Source: a candidate division FCPU426 bacterium (GTDB taxonomy: Bacteria > Oederibacteriota > JAAXVQ01 > JAUVAV01). Taken from it: a stretch of DNA of 44,011 nt. The stretch is from positions 1 through 44,011 of the forward strand of contig DAOWGI010000076.1 of the NCBI GenBank assembly GCA_030637655.1. Direction: 5' to 3'. Below the pieces are notes generated by a model. The model was not told where the DNA came from. It searched no databases and saw nothing but the letters and a program-made list of their open reading frames with translations. Shown here piece after piece: positions 32,147 to 41,501 of the stretch. The translations under genes were made by a program, and so were the position numbers. How positions within the stretch are numbered: the stretch's first letter is position 1; each line of letters opens with the position of its first letter.

Positions 32147-32189
32147 GCTGGTACAGCCTCCTTGCAAAAGTCAGAACCCATATGTGATC

Positions 32190-32292
32190 GGGGACGTTGA
32201 TCGGTAATACGGTTATCTTTATTTGATGACTCTTTGGATTTTTTCATAAATATTAGTGGTTTTGGATAACCGTATTACCGATCAACGTCCCC
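32190..32292. repeat. Perfect 28-bp inverted repeat (MITE/REPIN-like)
   Basis: GGGGACGTTGATCGGTAATACGGTTATC (32190-32217) / GATAACCGTATTACCGATCAACGTCCCC (32265-32292). Confidence 0.9.
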
Positions 32293-32300
32293 AGTTACAC

Positions 32301-33848
32301 TTATAGTACAGGGCTACCCCAATACCGTTTATCCAGTGTGCGATAATGAATTGCTTCGCTGACATGTTGCGGTTGAATAGAATCGCTTGCCTCCAGATCG
32401 GCAATGGTTCGGGATACTTTGAGTACGCGATGATAGGCTCGGGCAGATAGATTCAGTTTTTCAATCGCGGTTTTCAAAAGGGTGTGTCCGGAATTTTCCA
32501 AATGGCAATATTGCCGCAGCAGCCGGGGACTCAACCGGGAATTCGTATGTATTTTAGGATGGTCTTGATAACGTTTTTTTTGTTTGGCTCTGCCTTGAGC
32601 AACGCGCTGACGAATTATGGCTGAGGACTCCGGTTCAGTAGGATCGGTTAATTCCTGGTAGCATACGGCCGGGACTTCAAGATGTATATCAAACCGGTCC
32701 AATAACGGTCCTGATATTTTTCCTAAATATTTTTGAATTTGGGTTGCAGTGCAGGTACATTCTTTGGCCGGATCCGAGAAATATCCGCAGGGACAGGGGT
32801 TCATGGCTGCGATCAGCATAAAGTGGGCGGGATAGGTTATAGCGGCAGCGGTACGGGAAATGGTAACTTGGTTATCTTCCAGGGGTTGTCGCAAGACTTC
32901 CAACGCGTTTTTGGAAAATTCAGGCAGCTCATCCAAAAAAAGAACGCCATTGTGCGCCAAAGAAACCTCGCCGGGTCGTGGATACGAACCACCGCCGATC
33001 AACGCCACATCACTAACTGTATGATGAGGAGATCGAAAAGGACGGGAGGTAATCAGGGTGTGATCCTGCGACAGCAGGCCGGAAATACTATAGATTCGGG
33101 TAGTTTCTAAGGCTTCGAAGACGGTTAATTCCGGGAGAATGGTTGGCAGACGATGCGTGAGCATGGTTTTACCGCTGCCAGGGGGACCGATCAGCAAAAC
33201 ATTGTGACCACCGGCAGCAGCCACTTCCAGAGCGCGCTTGGCATGTCTCTGGCTGCGTACTTCTGAAAAATCAACTTCATAAGTCGTGGTGGTGGGTGAG
33301 ATATTCTGGGGATCCAATTGATAGGCACCAGGAGTGGATTTGCCGGAGAAATAATCAACCGCTGCCAATAAAGAGGACATAGGAAAAAACGAATACTCTT
33401 TCATAACAGAGACTTCTCTGGTGTTGTCCGCGGGAAGGATTATTTTTTGAATGCCATGCTGCCGGGCGGCAGAGACCAGCGAGAGTGCTCCACGCACAGG
33501 ACAAATTCGACCGTCCAGCGAGAGTTCCCCAAAGATAAGATGCTGTTCCAAGGCCTCAAGGGGAATTTGTTCCGTAGCTGCCAGCAAGGCCAAAGCTATA
33601 GGTAGATCGTAGGCCGGACCCTCTTTGCGTAAATTAGCCGGCGCGAGATTGACAGTAATCCGGCGTGCCGGCAGGAAAAGCTGAGAATTTTTCAAGGCTG
33701 CAATTACCCGTTCCCGGCTTTCTTTGACCGCTGCGTCCGGCAGACCAACGATACAGAACTGAGGTAAGCCACGGCTGACATCCACTTCCACCTGTATGGG
33801 TTTGGCATTAATTCCCCACAGGGCACTACTGCAGACTTGAGCGTACAT
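32301..33848 (-). CDS. comM: ComM / YifB Mg-chelatase-like AAA+ ATPase
   Basis: IVGLPDAAVKESRERV, NLAPA, GPPGSGKTML, PFRSPHH, PGEVSLAHNGVLFLDE, AAMNPCPCG; start ATG 33848 after AAGGAG. Confidence 0.95.
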   Translation of the reverse strand: MYAQVCSSALWGINAKPIQVEVDVSRGLPQFCIVGLPDAAVKESRERVIAALKNSQLFLPARRITVNLAPANLRKEGPAYDLPIALALLAATEQIPLEALEQHLIFGELSLDGRICPVRGALSLVSAARQHGIQKIILPADNTREVSVMKEYSFFPMSSLLAAVDYFSGKSTPGAYQLDPQNISPTTTTYEVDFSEVRSQRHAKRALEVAAAGGHNVLLIGPPGSGKTMLTHRLPTILPELTVFEALETTRIYSISGLLSQDHTLITSRPFRSPHHTVSDVALIGGGSYPRPGEVSLAHNGVLFLDELPEFSKNALEVLRQPLEDNQVTISRTAAAITYPAHFMLIAAMNPCPCGYFSDPAKECTCTATQIQKYLGKISGPLLDRFDIHLEVPAVCYQELTDPTEPESSAIIRQRVAQGRAKQKKRYQDHPKIHTNSRLSPRLLRQYCHLENSGHTLLKTAIEKLNLSARAYHRVLKVSRTIADLEASDSIQPQHVSEAIHYRTLDKRYWGSPVL

Positions 33849-34102
33849 AGGGTCTCCTTTTTTTATTAGTTGGACTGAAAAAAAGGAAAAACCTTTCAAA
33901 AAAATGATTTTTTTTTGCTTTTTTTTTGGGGTGCCATACTTGTCCCAATAAAATTAAAATCATATCTGCAGATAGTGCTTTTGTTTTCAGGTTTTTCAAG
34001 TATTTGTTGGTACTAATCCGGACAGCAAGGAGGGGTGGTGGATTAGGGGCTAAAGATATGCTATACTAGTATTCAGAACAACAGGGAAATACACCTCCGG
34101 AG

Positions 34103-34261
34103 AGTGTGCGCAACAGTGAAGAAGATTTTGAGCGTGGCAAAGAAGTCGGTGCTGACGGCTACTTCACTAAGCCGTTTGATCCATTTAAACTTGGTGAAGA
34201 TATATTAAAAAATATTATTGTCCAAATTAAAAATCAGCAACCACGGATGAACACTGATTAA
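34103..34261 (+). pseudogene. C-terminal half of a response-regulator receiver domain
   Basis: SVRNSEEDFERGKEVGADGYFTKPFDP; in-frame stop upstream and no phospho-acceptor half. Confidence 0.75.
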
Positions 34262-34387
34262 CACGGATTTTAAAAGCTGTTTCAGCATATTTATTGTTTT
34301 TGCATTTTTTAGACCTTATCAGTGTTTATCCGCCGGTCCTGGAATTCCTATTATTTAATATAGAGAGCAGGATGTTCATCTGTGGTT
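34239..34387. repeat. Palindromic element AACCACGGATGAACA...TGTTCATCTGTGGTT
   Basis: Terminal inverted arms with internal AACACTGAT/ATCAGTGTT sub-repeats. Confidence 0.7.
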
Positions 34388-34598
34388 ATTTAGGTTTTTA
34401 AAGGGTTTAATTGATTGGTTTTTTATATTTTCTATTTATTTGGCCGGCAATGATTAAAAAACTATTTTTCTGACACAAAATCGTAAAAAAGTGAAATTTT
34501 ACGCTGCTAATTTACTTTACAAGTTCTGACAATTATGTTATTGCTTACTGTTTCTAAATACTAATTAAAATGTATCGTAAAATTATATAAGGACGACA

Positions 34599-35438
34599 AT
34601 GAGCAAAATTATTGCAATTGTTAATCAAAAAGGCGGGGTTGGAAAAACCACAACAGCGATTAATCTGGCTGCGGCATTGGCTAATCTCGGCAAAAATGTG
34701 CTGCTGATTGATACGGATCCCCAAGGGAATTCAACAGTTGGTTTGGGATTTGATAAAGAAACCCTGGGAACGAGCATTTATGACGTATTGATAGGCCGGA
34801 AAGACATTGCGGATGTTATAATAAAAACTGCAGTCAAAAATTTCTATTTGGCTCCAGCCAATATCCACCTTTCCGGAGCGGAAATTGAATTAGTCAATGT
34901 TATTGCGCGTGAAACCAAATTACGCCATGGGATTTCGCCGGTGCGGGGTCAATTCGATTATATTCTCATTGATTGTCCGCCCTCTTTAGGGTTGCTGACA
35001 ATCAATACTTTGGTTGCTGTAGAAACCGTATTGATTCCGATTCAGGGCGAATTTTTTGCGCTGGATGGGGTAGGTCAGTTGTTGCGCACTATTATTTTAG
35101 TGAAAAACGGACTTAATCCGGATTTGCGAATTGAGGGAGTGTTATTAACCATGTGCGACCTGCGCACCAACTTAACCGTGCAGGTCATGCAAGAGATAAA
35201 AACACGATTTCAAAGCAAAGTATACAATACGATTATCCCACGTAATGTAAAATTGTCCGAAGCACCGAGTTTTGGAAAAACAATCATGCAATACGATAGT
35301 CGTTGTTTGGGTGCAGTGGCATATATTAAATTGGCCGAAGAGGTCGTTGCACGTAATGAAAAAAAAGAATCCGAGCCCGGAATACCGATCATGAAACAAC
35401 CACTTGTTGAGGCGCAGACCCGGAATCTTTCTGCTTAA
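34599..35438 (+). CDS. parA: Chromosome partitioning ATPase ParA/Soj
   Basis: [38 protein letters not shown]. Confidence 0.96.
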   Translation: MSKIIAIVNQKGGVGKTTTAINLAAALANLGKNVLLIDTDPQGNSTVGLGFDKETLGTSIYDVLIGRKDIADVIIKTAVKNFYLAPANIHLSGAEIELVNVIARETKLRHGISPVRGQFDYILIDCPPSLGLLTINTLVAVETVLIPIQGEFFALDGVGQLLRTIILVKNGLNPDLRIEGVLLTMCDLRTNLTVQVMQEIKTRFQSKVYNTIIPRNVKLSEAPSFGKTIMQYDSRCLGAVAYIKLAEEVVARNEKKESEPGIPIMKQPLVEAQTRNLSA

Positions 35439-35772
35439 GGAAAGGCACTGTTGAAAGCAAAACGTGATAAAAAATCACAGGCTCACGCCCCGATCGGCTG
35501 GACCATGGATTTTTGGGAGGCTTCGCACCCTGTGGTATTTTTGTCCTGAGATGTTCATTTTTTGCGAAGCATCCTAGCTTTTCAATAATTTCTCAGGTCA
35601 GAACGACGCACCGGAGACCCCAACTTGAAGAATTATTAAAAAAAGGGACAACTGCGACAGTATTTACTCGCTTTCATTGATGGGCTTAAGATGCATTTGA
35701 GATAACATTCCTCTCATCTCCATACTTGATGCCCATGGTGTTCGCGCTAACACAATAAAGGGGCATTTTGTT

Positions 35773-36645
35773 ATGAGTAGACAAGCACTTGGTAAAGGTT
35801 TGGAAGCGCTTATTCCTGTGCATGCAAATGTTGAAGAATCACCTTCTACTTATACCGCACCTGCTGAAATTTCCATCGAGCATATTGAAGTCAATCCTTT
35901 CCAACCGCGACAAGATTTTGATCCGCTGGAACTCAATGATCTGGCAGCCTCCATTCGTGAGAAGGGGATCGTCCAGCCGGTGTTGGTGCGTCCGCGCGCG
36001 GATGGAAAATATGAGTTGGTGGCCGGTGAGCGTCGGTTACGGGCTGCCAAATTGGCCGGCTTGGCGCAAGTCCCAGTCACCATCCGGGAATTGGATGATA
36101 GTGAGAGTCTGGAAGTAGCGTTGATTGAAAATATACAGCGTACCGATTTAAATCCCCTGGAAGAAGCCCAAGCTTTTCAACAGTTGATGACTCAGTTTAA
36201 GCTGACGCAGGAAGTGATGGCCGAGAAAGTCGGCAAAGAGCGCTCTTCGGTTGCCAACACCCTGCGTTTGCTCAAATTACCTGAATCTGTCCAGACTATG
36301 GTCCGGAAAAACCGTTTGAGTGAGGGCCATGCCAGAGCGCTGCTGGGTTTGAGCGATACTCAGATGATGGAGCGGCTGGCCACCAAAGCAGTGCGTGACG
36401 GTCTTTCGGTCCGTGAAGTTGAGCGTATTGCACAAGGCATGAAGCCGGAAAAAACCGTTACTGAGAAGCGGCCCAAGAAAGCAGCAGTGATTAAAGATCC
36501 GCATACACGAAAACTGGAAGAAGATTTACGCCGCAAACTCGGGACGCAAGTAAAAGTGTTACCTAAAAATGCTCAGAAGGGAAAAATTGAGATTGAGTAT
36601 TATTCCCTTGAGGATATGGAACGCATTCTAGCCATGATTGGCTAA
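35773..36645 (+). CDS. parB: Chromosome partitioning protein ParB/Spo0J
   Basis: ALGKGLEALI, NPFQPR, AGERRLRA, ENIQRTDLNPLEEA, HTH RSSVANTLRLL. Confidence 0.96.
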   Translation: MSRQALGKGLEALIPVHANVEESPSTYTAPAEISIEHIEVNPFQPRQDFDPLELNDLAASIREKGIVQPVLVRPRADGKYELVAGERRLRAAKLAGLAQVPVTIRELDDSESLEVALIENIQRTDLNPLEEAQAFQQLMTQFKLTQEVMAEKVGKERSSVANTLRLLKLPESVQTMVRKNRLSEGHARALLGLSDTQMMERLATKAVRDGLSVREVERIAQGMKPEKTVTEKRPKKAAVIKDPHTRKLEEDLRRKLGTQVKVLPKNAQKGKIEIEYYSLEDMERILAMIG

Positions 36646-36848
36646 AGAAAAGGAAGTGCTCTGGGAATTTTATTTTGAAATAACTGAAAAATTTTTAACA
36701 ATAAGGATTACACGAATTTCTATTTTAGGCTGAATAAATATAGCTATTTTGGTATGAGCTGATATTGACAAGATAATTGACAAATATATTATTGTATGAT
36801 ATATTAAGAATTGGTCTTTTAAGCCGTTACTATGATTGGTGAAAAACT

Positions 36849-37754
36849 ATGGCCCGAATACGGAAAAAGAAAAAACATATCACACTTATGTTTGTCCCGC
36901 ATGATGAGGGACAGGTGTTTTCGCTTAGAATTCCCACCTGGATGCTTTTTTTGGCGGGTGCCTTTGGGTTGATATCCATTGGGATGTCCGCTTTTATCAT
37001 GACCCGCCACTTTGATTATGATCTTACCCGGCGCGCTAATATCAAATTGACGGAAAAAAATTCCTTTTTCGTGCAAGAATTGGCGAGCACGCATGAAGCT
37101 TTTCAGCGTGTTGCCAAGATCGAGGATGAACTGCGCGCCATGTTGAAAATGAAAAATAAAAAGAAATTAATTCAATTCAGCGGTGAAGGCGGTCCGTCCT
37201 TGGCGGATCAAGCGAATCTCATGAATACCTTGAATAATCGGGCTGCCCTAACTCCTAAAGAATTCGCCAAATCTTTAACCTATTTAAAAAAGGACGCGCG
37301 TGAGCGCATGGAAAATTATCAGGAATTAAAAAAATACATTGCCACCCAACGTTCCTTGATAGCTTCAAAGCCAACCGCTTGGCCTCTTCGCGGATGGATC
37401 ACCTCGCGTTTTGGTTTTCGGAATTCCCCCTTCTTTGAAGGCATAACCAAACACTATGGGATTGATATAGCCAATGAAGCAGGTACTTCCATCAAAGCTC
37501 CGGCCGATGGGGTGGTGACCTATACCGGTTGGGAAGGCGGCTACGGAAAACTGATTGTCATTGATCATGGCTATGGTTTTTCCACGCGGTACGGGCATTT
37601 GCAGCGCACTTTGGTAAATACCGGTCAACGTGTTCGACGTGGGCAAGTGATGGGATTCGTCGGCTCCACCGGCCGTTCCACCGCTCCGCACCTGCATTAT
37701 GAAATCCGCGTTAATGGTGTTCCGGTTGATCCTTTCAAATATCTTAAAAAATAA
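36849..37754 (+). CDS. M23 family metallopeptidase (TM plus coiled coil)
   Basis: HYGIDIA, YGHL, GSTGRSTAPHLHYE (intact HxxxD and HxH). Confidence 0.92.
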   Translation: MARIRKKKKHITLMFVPHDEGQVFSLRIPTWMLFLAGAFGLISIGMSAFIMTRHFDYDLTRRANIKLTEKNSFFVQELASTHEAFQRVAKIEDELRAMLKMKNKKKLIQFSGEGGPSLADQANLMNTLNNRAALTPKEFAKSLTYLKKDARERMENYQELKKYIATQRSLIASKPTAWPLRGWITSRFGFRNSPFFEGITKHYGIDIANEAGTSIKAPADGVVTYTGWEGGYGKLIVIDHGYGFSTRYGHLQRTLVNTGQRVRRGQVMGFVGSTGRSTAPHLHYEIRVNGVPVDPFKYLKK

Positions 37755-37769
37755 TCGGGGTAAAAATTC

Positions 37770-38153
37770 ATGGCAGAAGAAAAAAACAGAGGTGTAGATA
37801 CAGTTTTAGGCGTTGGTTCGGATTTTAAAGGTCAGATCAATGCCAAAGGGTCAATTCGTATTGATGGCAAAATCGAAGGTAATGTCAATAGTGAAGAAGG
37901 CGTCATAGTCGGTGAGAAAGGTTTGATCAAAGGCAATGTTGCGGCCAAGACCGTTCTCATTTCCGGTAAGGTGACCGGCAATGTGGCCGCTACCAAGCGA
38001 CTGGAAATTATGCCTGCCGGACAATTGCAGGGAGATATACATACCCCGCGCTTGGTTATTGCGGAAGGGGTTATCTTTAAAGGGAATTGTGATATGGGAT
38101 TTGAAAAATATGAGCCGGATGTCAAATTTGATCCTTCGCGATCGCGGAAATAA
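37770..38153 (+). CDS. Bactofilin (polymer-forming cytoskeletal protein)
   Basis: TVLGVGSDFKG.I...GSIRIDG..EGNV beta-helix repeats ending G.IFKGNC. Confidence 0.92.
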   Translation: MAEEKNRGVDTVLGVGSDFKGQINAKGSIRIDGKIEGNVNSEEGVIVGEKGLIKGNVAAKTVLISGKVTGNVAATKRLEIMPAGQLQGDIHTPRLVIAEGVIFKGNCDMGFEKYEPDVKFDPSRSRK

Positions 38154-38166
38154 ACCAGATCCTATC

Positions 38167-38348
38167 GTAGGGGCGATTTGCGAATCGCCCCTACAGAGTT
38201 ATTAACAGAGAAATGACCGGTACGAAGGTTATTTCTCTGTTGTTGTTTTTTCAGTCATTTAGAATGATCCGCGTTTACGTAGGGGCACAGCCCCCGACCG
38301 GAGATGATATTGAAAATGGGATTTCCTTCGGTCATGCTGTGCCCCTAC
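38167..38348. repeat. GTAG-REP, terminator-like hairpin and an interrupted GTAG-REP
   Basis: GTAGGGGCGATTTGCGAATCGCCCCTAC (38167-38194); AACAGAGAAATGACC/GGTTATTTCTCTGTT plus T tract (38204-38241); GTAGGGGCACAGC..[insert]..GCTGTGCCCCTAC (38279-38348). Confidence 0.8.
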
Positions 38349-38378
38349 AATATTAATATCAAATACCAGGAGAAAAAG

Positions 38379-39857
38379 ATGTCACAACCCATACGGGTAC
38401 GATTTGCACCATCGCCTACCGGCCATTTGCATATTGGCGGCGCGCGTACAGCCCTATTCAATTACCTGTTTGCTAAAAAACAGGGTGGAACCTTTATTCT
38501 GCGTCTGGAGGATACAGATGTGGAGCGGAGTACAGAAGCTTCTGTGCAAATGATATTGTCGGATATGAAATGGCTGGGATTGACCTGGGACGAAGGACCG
38601 GAAGTTGGCGGTGAGTATGGACCCTACCGTCAGAGCGGGCGGTCAGCAATCTACGAGAGCAAAATTATGCAACTTGTGGAAGCAGGCAAAGCCTATTTCT
38701 GCTTCTGCACTCCTGAAGAAGTAGAAGTCCACCGCCTGGCAGCAGCGGAAAAGGGTGAGCAATTAAAATATGCCGGTACCTGCCGAACGCTGTCTCTGGA
38801 AGCAGCCAAAGCACGGGCCGCGCAAGGGGAACCCTATGCGATCCGTTTCAAAGCCCCGCAGGAAGGGGAGACTATTATTCAGGATTTGATCCGCGGACGG
38901 GTGGTTTTTGATAATACTATTTTAGATGATTTTGTGATTGTGCGCACCACAGGTGTGCCCACATATAATTTTGCAGTCGTGATCGATGATGCAGCCATGA
39001 AAATCACGCACATCATTCGCGGGGATGATCATCTTTCCAATACCCCGAAACAAATTTGTTTGTACCAGGCATTGGATGAACCGCTGCCGGAGTTTGCGCA
39101 TGTGCCCATGATTTTGGGTCCAGATAAAACCCGGTTGTCCAAGCGGCATGGAGCTACTTCCGTGGGAGCATATGCGGAAGCGGGGTATTTGCCGGAAGCC
39201 ATGATCAATAGCTTGGCTTTGTTAGGATGGGCGTATGATGATAAGACCACGCTTTTTTCCCAGGCGGAATTGGAAGCAAAGTTTACTTTAGATAAGGTAA
39301 GTAAAAATCCGGCAGTATTTGACCTCCGGAAATTGAGCTGGATGAATGGGCAGTACATTCGCAGTATTCCAGAACCGGAATATATCGAGCGGTCGATTGA
39401 ATGGCTGGCCCAAACAGGGATCATACAGCTGCCTTTGGATGATATCAAGCAAAACTATGTTACCCAGGTCGTAAAGATTGTGCGTGATAAATACAAACTG
39501 CTTTCCGAACTGCCGGAGCAGGTCGAGTATTTCTTCAAAGAACCGGAGCTTGAAAAAATCGATGAAAAAGCCCGGAATAAATTGGAGTCCATGCAAGAAA
39601 ACCCCGATTTATTTAAGGCTTTACACGCAAAATTGGGCATGCTAAAATCTTTTTTCGTTTCCGCCCAGGAAGTGGCACTGAAAGATTTTATCGAGGAACA
39701 GCAGGTGAAATTCGGTGTTCTGGCGCATCCCTTACGGGTCTGCCTGACCGGACGGATGCAATCTCCCGGAGTCTTTGAGATCATGGAAATCCTGGGCCAG
39801 GATGTGGTTCTCGAGCGCCTGGCTGCAGGCCTGCGGCTGGTGGGGATAAATATATGA
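38379..39857 (+). CDS. gltX: Glutamate--tRNA ligase
   Basis: RVRFAPSPTG.LHIGG, IRGDDH, LSKRHGA; start at 38379 after AGGAG. Confidence 0.97.
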   Translation: MSQPIRVRFAPSPTGHLHIGGARTALFNYLFAKKQGGTFILRLEDTDVERSTEASVQMILSDMKWLGLTWDEGPEVGGEYGPYRQSGRSAIYESKIMQLVEAGKAYFCFCTPEEVEVHRLAAAEKGEQLKYAGTCRTLSLEAAKARAAQGEPYAIRFKAPQEGETIIQDLIRGRVVFDNTILDDFVIVRTTGVPTYNFAVVIDDAAMKITHIIRGDDHLSNTPKQICLYQALDEPLPEFAHVPMILGPDKTRLSKRHGATSVGAYAEAGYLPEAMINSLALLGWAYDDKTTLFSQAELEAKFTLDKVSKNPAVFDLRKLSWMNGQYIRSIPEPEYIERSIEWLAQTGIIQLPLDDIKQNYVTQVVKIVRDKYKLLSELPEQVEYFFKEPELEKIDEKARNKLESMQENPDLFKALHAKLGMLKSFFVSAQEVALKDFIEEQQVKFGVLAHPLRVCLTGRMQSPGVFEIMEILGQDVVLERLAAGLRLVGINI

Positions 39858-39861
39858 TTTT

Positions 39862-39889
39862 GTAGGGGCGTATTGCAATACGCCCCTAC
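39862..39889. repeat. GTAG-REP
   Basis: GTAGGGGCGTATTGCAATACGCCCCTAC. Confidence 0.88.
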
Positions 39890-39900
39890 AGCCAAAGGAT

Positions 39901-39976
39901 TGCCGACTAGCTCAACTGGCAGAGCACCTGCCTCTGGAGCAGGGGGTTTCAGGTTCGATTCCTGAGTCGGCAGCCA
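39901..39976 (+). tRNA. tRNA-Gln (anticodon CTG)
   Basis: Acceptor TGCCGAC/GTCGGCA, D-arm GCTC/GAGC, anticodon arm CCTGC-CTCTGGA-GCAGG, T-loop TTCGATT, encoded CCA. Confidence 0.95.
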
Positions 39977-40150
39977 GCAATTTTGCTTCGCAAAATTGCA
40001 GAGCAAGTAAGCAGTTGATTAGGTAATGCTGTAGGGGCGAACCTTGTGTTCGTCCCTAGCAGCGAACCTGCGGTCTACTGATCAACTGTTCAACTGATCA
40101 TGCATTTTGCGGTTGTAAATCGTAATATGTCAGTCATGGTTTTTTTTGTT

Positions 40151-40281
40151 TGTCATCCCCGAATGCTTGTATCCCCGATAAGAGCATTCGAGGACGGATA
40201 CGGTTTAAAAAACCAGATTCCTGCCGAAGGCGTCCCTATATATCTTTTCCGGTTGGGGCCGATTAAACCCTCGGGAATGAC
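40151..40281. repeat. Second copy of the GTCATCCCCGAATG...GGGAATGAC element
   Basis: Shares GGATACGGTTTAAAAAACCAGATTCCTGCCGAA.GCGTCCCTATA.ATCTTTTCCGGT.GGGGCCG with 9501-9613. Confidence 0.85.
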
Positions 40282-40433
40282 AATCTTTGTTTAACTGCGC
40301 AGTTTACTGACATGTTACTGTAAATCCCATTTGAGTATTGATAATTCAATAGCCAGATGGTATAAAAATATTTCGTTTTGAAAAGATGAGCAGGAGAACA
40401 GTTGAGCAGTTGAGCTGTCCTGCTGCGCAGGAC

Positions 40434-40508
40434 GGCGCTATCGTCTAGCGGCTAGGACGGGTGATTCTCAGTCATCAAGCCGGGGTTCGATTCCCCGTAG
40501 CGCTACCA
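40434..40508 (+). tRNA. tRNA-Glu (anticodon CTC)
   Basis: Acceptor GGCGCTA/TAGCGCT, anticodon arm GGTGA-TTCTCAG-TCATC, T-arm CGGGG-TTCGATT-CCCCG, encoded CCA. Confidence 0.95.
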
Positions 40509-40510
40509 GA

Positions 40511-40564
40511 TTTTAATAAAAAAAGGGGTGAACCATGTAAGGTTCACCCCTTTTTTTATTAAAA
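40511..40564. terminator. Bidirectional intrinsic terminator after tRNA-Glu
   Basis: Perfect 24-bp arms TTTTAATAAAAAAAGGGGTGAACC / GGTTCACCCCTTTTTTTATTAAAA. Confidence 0.85.
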
Positions 40565-40723
40565 TGAGAGCAGGAGAGCAGATGAGCAGTAGGGGAAAGC
40601 GAACTTGCGGTCTTCTGATCAACTACTCAACTGTTCACGATATTTTTTCTCTTCTCATGCAAGGATTTCCTTGTTTTTCTGTCTTATAACGTAGAACTAA
40701 TAATTTGACAGGAGGTCTTTGCA

Positions 40724-40879
40724 ATGTCATTCATGTTTGAAAAATTAGATGTCTGGCAAAAAGCAGTGAGCCTGGCAGAAAAAATATCAAATGCAACCGA
40801 TCAATTCCCAAAAGGAAATTATTACTGGTGTGATCAGTTGAACCGTGCATCTTTATCGGTGTGTAAGTTTTCAAATTAA
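40724..40879 (+). pseudogene. Truncated four-helix-bundle protein (23S rRNA IVS-protein / TIGR02436-like)
   Basis: RBS AGGAGG; MSFMFEKLDVWQKAVSLA....TDQFPK....DQLNRASLSV then stop at 51 aa, about half the usual length. Confidence 0.8.
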
Positions 40880-41035
40880 ATTAATAAGATAGCGGGTAAT
40901 ATTTTCAGAATAAGTTGACAAACCGATAGAAATTATCAAATTATTCAGGACCTCGATAAATGTGTTAATAAATCCACCGCCAGGATAATCCCTTAATGGG
41001 TGTTAGATAAAGAGAAAATCTTCTGTAAATGGATA

Positions 41036-41161
41036 GGTAGCCGCAGGCTTTAGCCTGCGTATGATTTGCAACTAATTTCGTCACAATTAAAATCTAATGA
41101 ACCAACCAAAGGACATTCTTGTTTATCATTAATTATACGCAGGCTAAAGCCTGCGGCTACC
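41036..41161. repeat. Inverted REP doublet (REPIN-like)
   Basis: GGTAGCCGCAGGCTTTAGCCTGCGTA ... TACGCAGGCTAAAGCCTGCGGCTACC. Confidence 0.88.
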
Positions 41162-41425
41162 AAAACGGAGATTTATGGACAGGGAAATATGTGGGGTAAA
41201 GCTTTAACCGAGGCCGAAATATTCACTCCAGCCTCGGTTAATTTAATTTGCAATTTGTTCGCCCATTTTATTTAATTAGAAAAATTTAGTCAATTTATTG
41301 TGAAAACCTACACGGGGTCACCTGAAGGCTGCGGAGCATAAATATCAGGAATTGCAGAAATTTCCAGATATTTCTCATTTCCTGCACTATCCGCTTCAAA
41401 GTAAGTATACTTGGGGCCACCAAAC

Positions 41426-41464
41426 AAAAAGGGATGAACCATGTAAGGTTCACCCCTTTGTTTA
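41426..41464. terminator. Terminator-like hairpin downstream of the cold-shock gene, near-copy of 40520-40553
   Basis: AAAAAGGGATGAACCATGTAAGGTTCACCCCTTT. Confidence 0.65.
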
Positions 41465-41501
41465 CTTTAAAGATCATACAAATGATTTTCGGTTGGAACG
41501 C

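Noticed and set aside
35730-35755. CATGGTGTTCGC resembling a fluoride riboswitch core
   Set aside because: Lacks the GGCGATG/CGCC pairing and downstream pseudoknot, and parB is not a plausible target
33900-36850. parS site or DnaA-box cluster (oriC) near parAB
   Set aside because: No TGTTTCACGTGAAACA-like palindrome or TTATCCACA cluster found by eye
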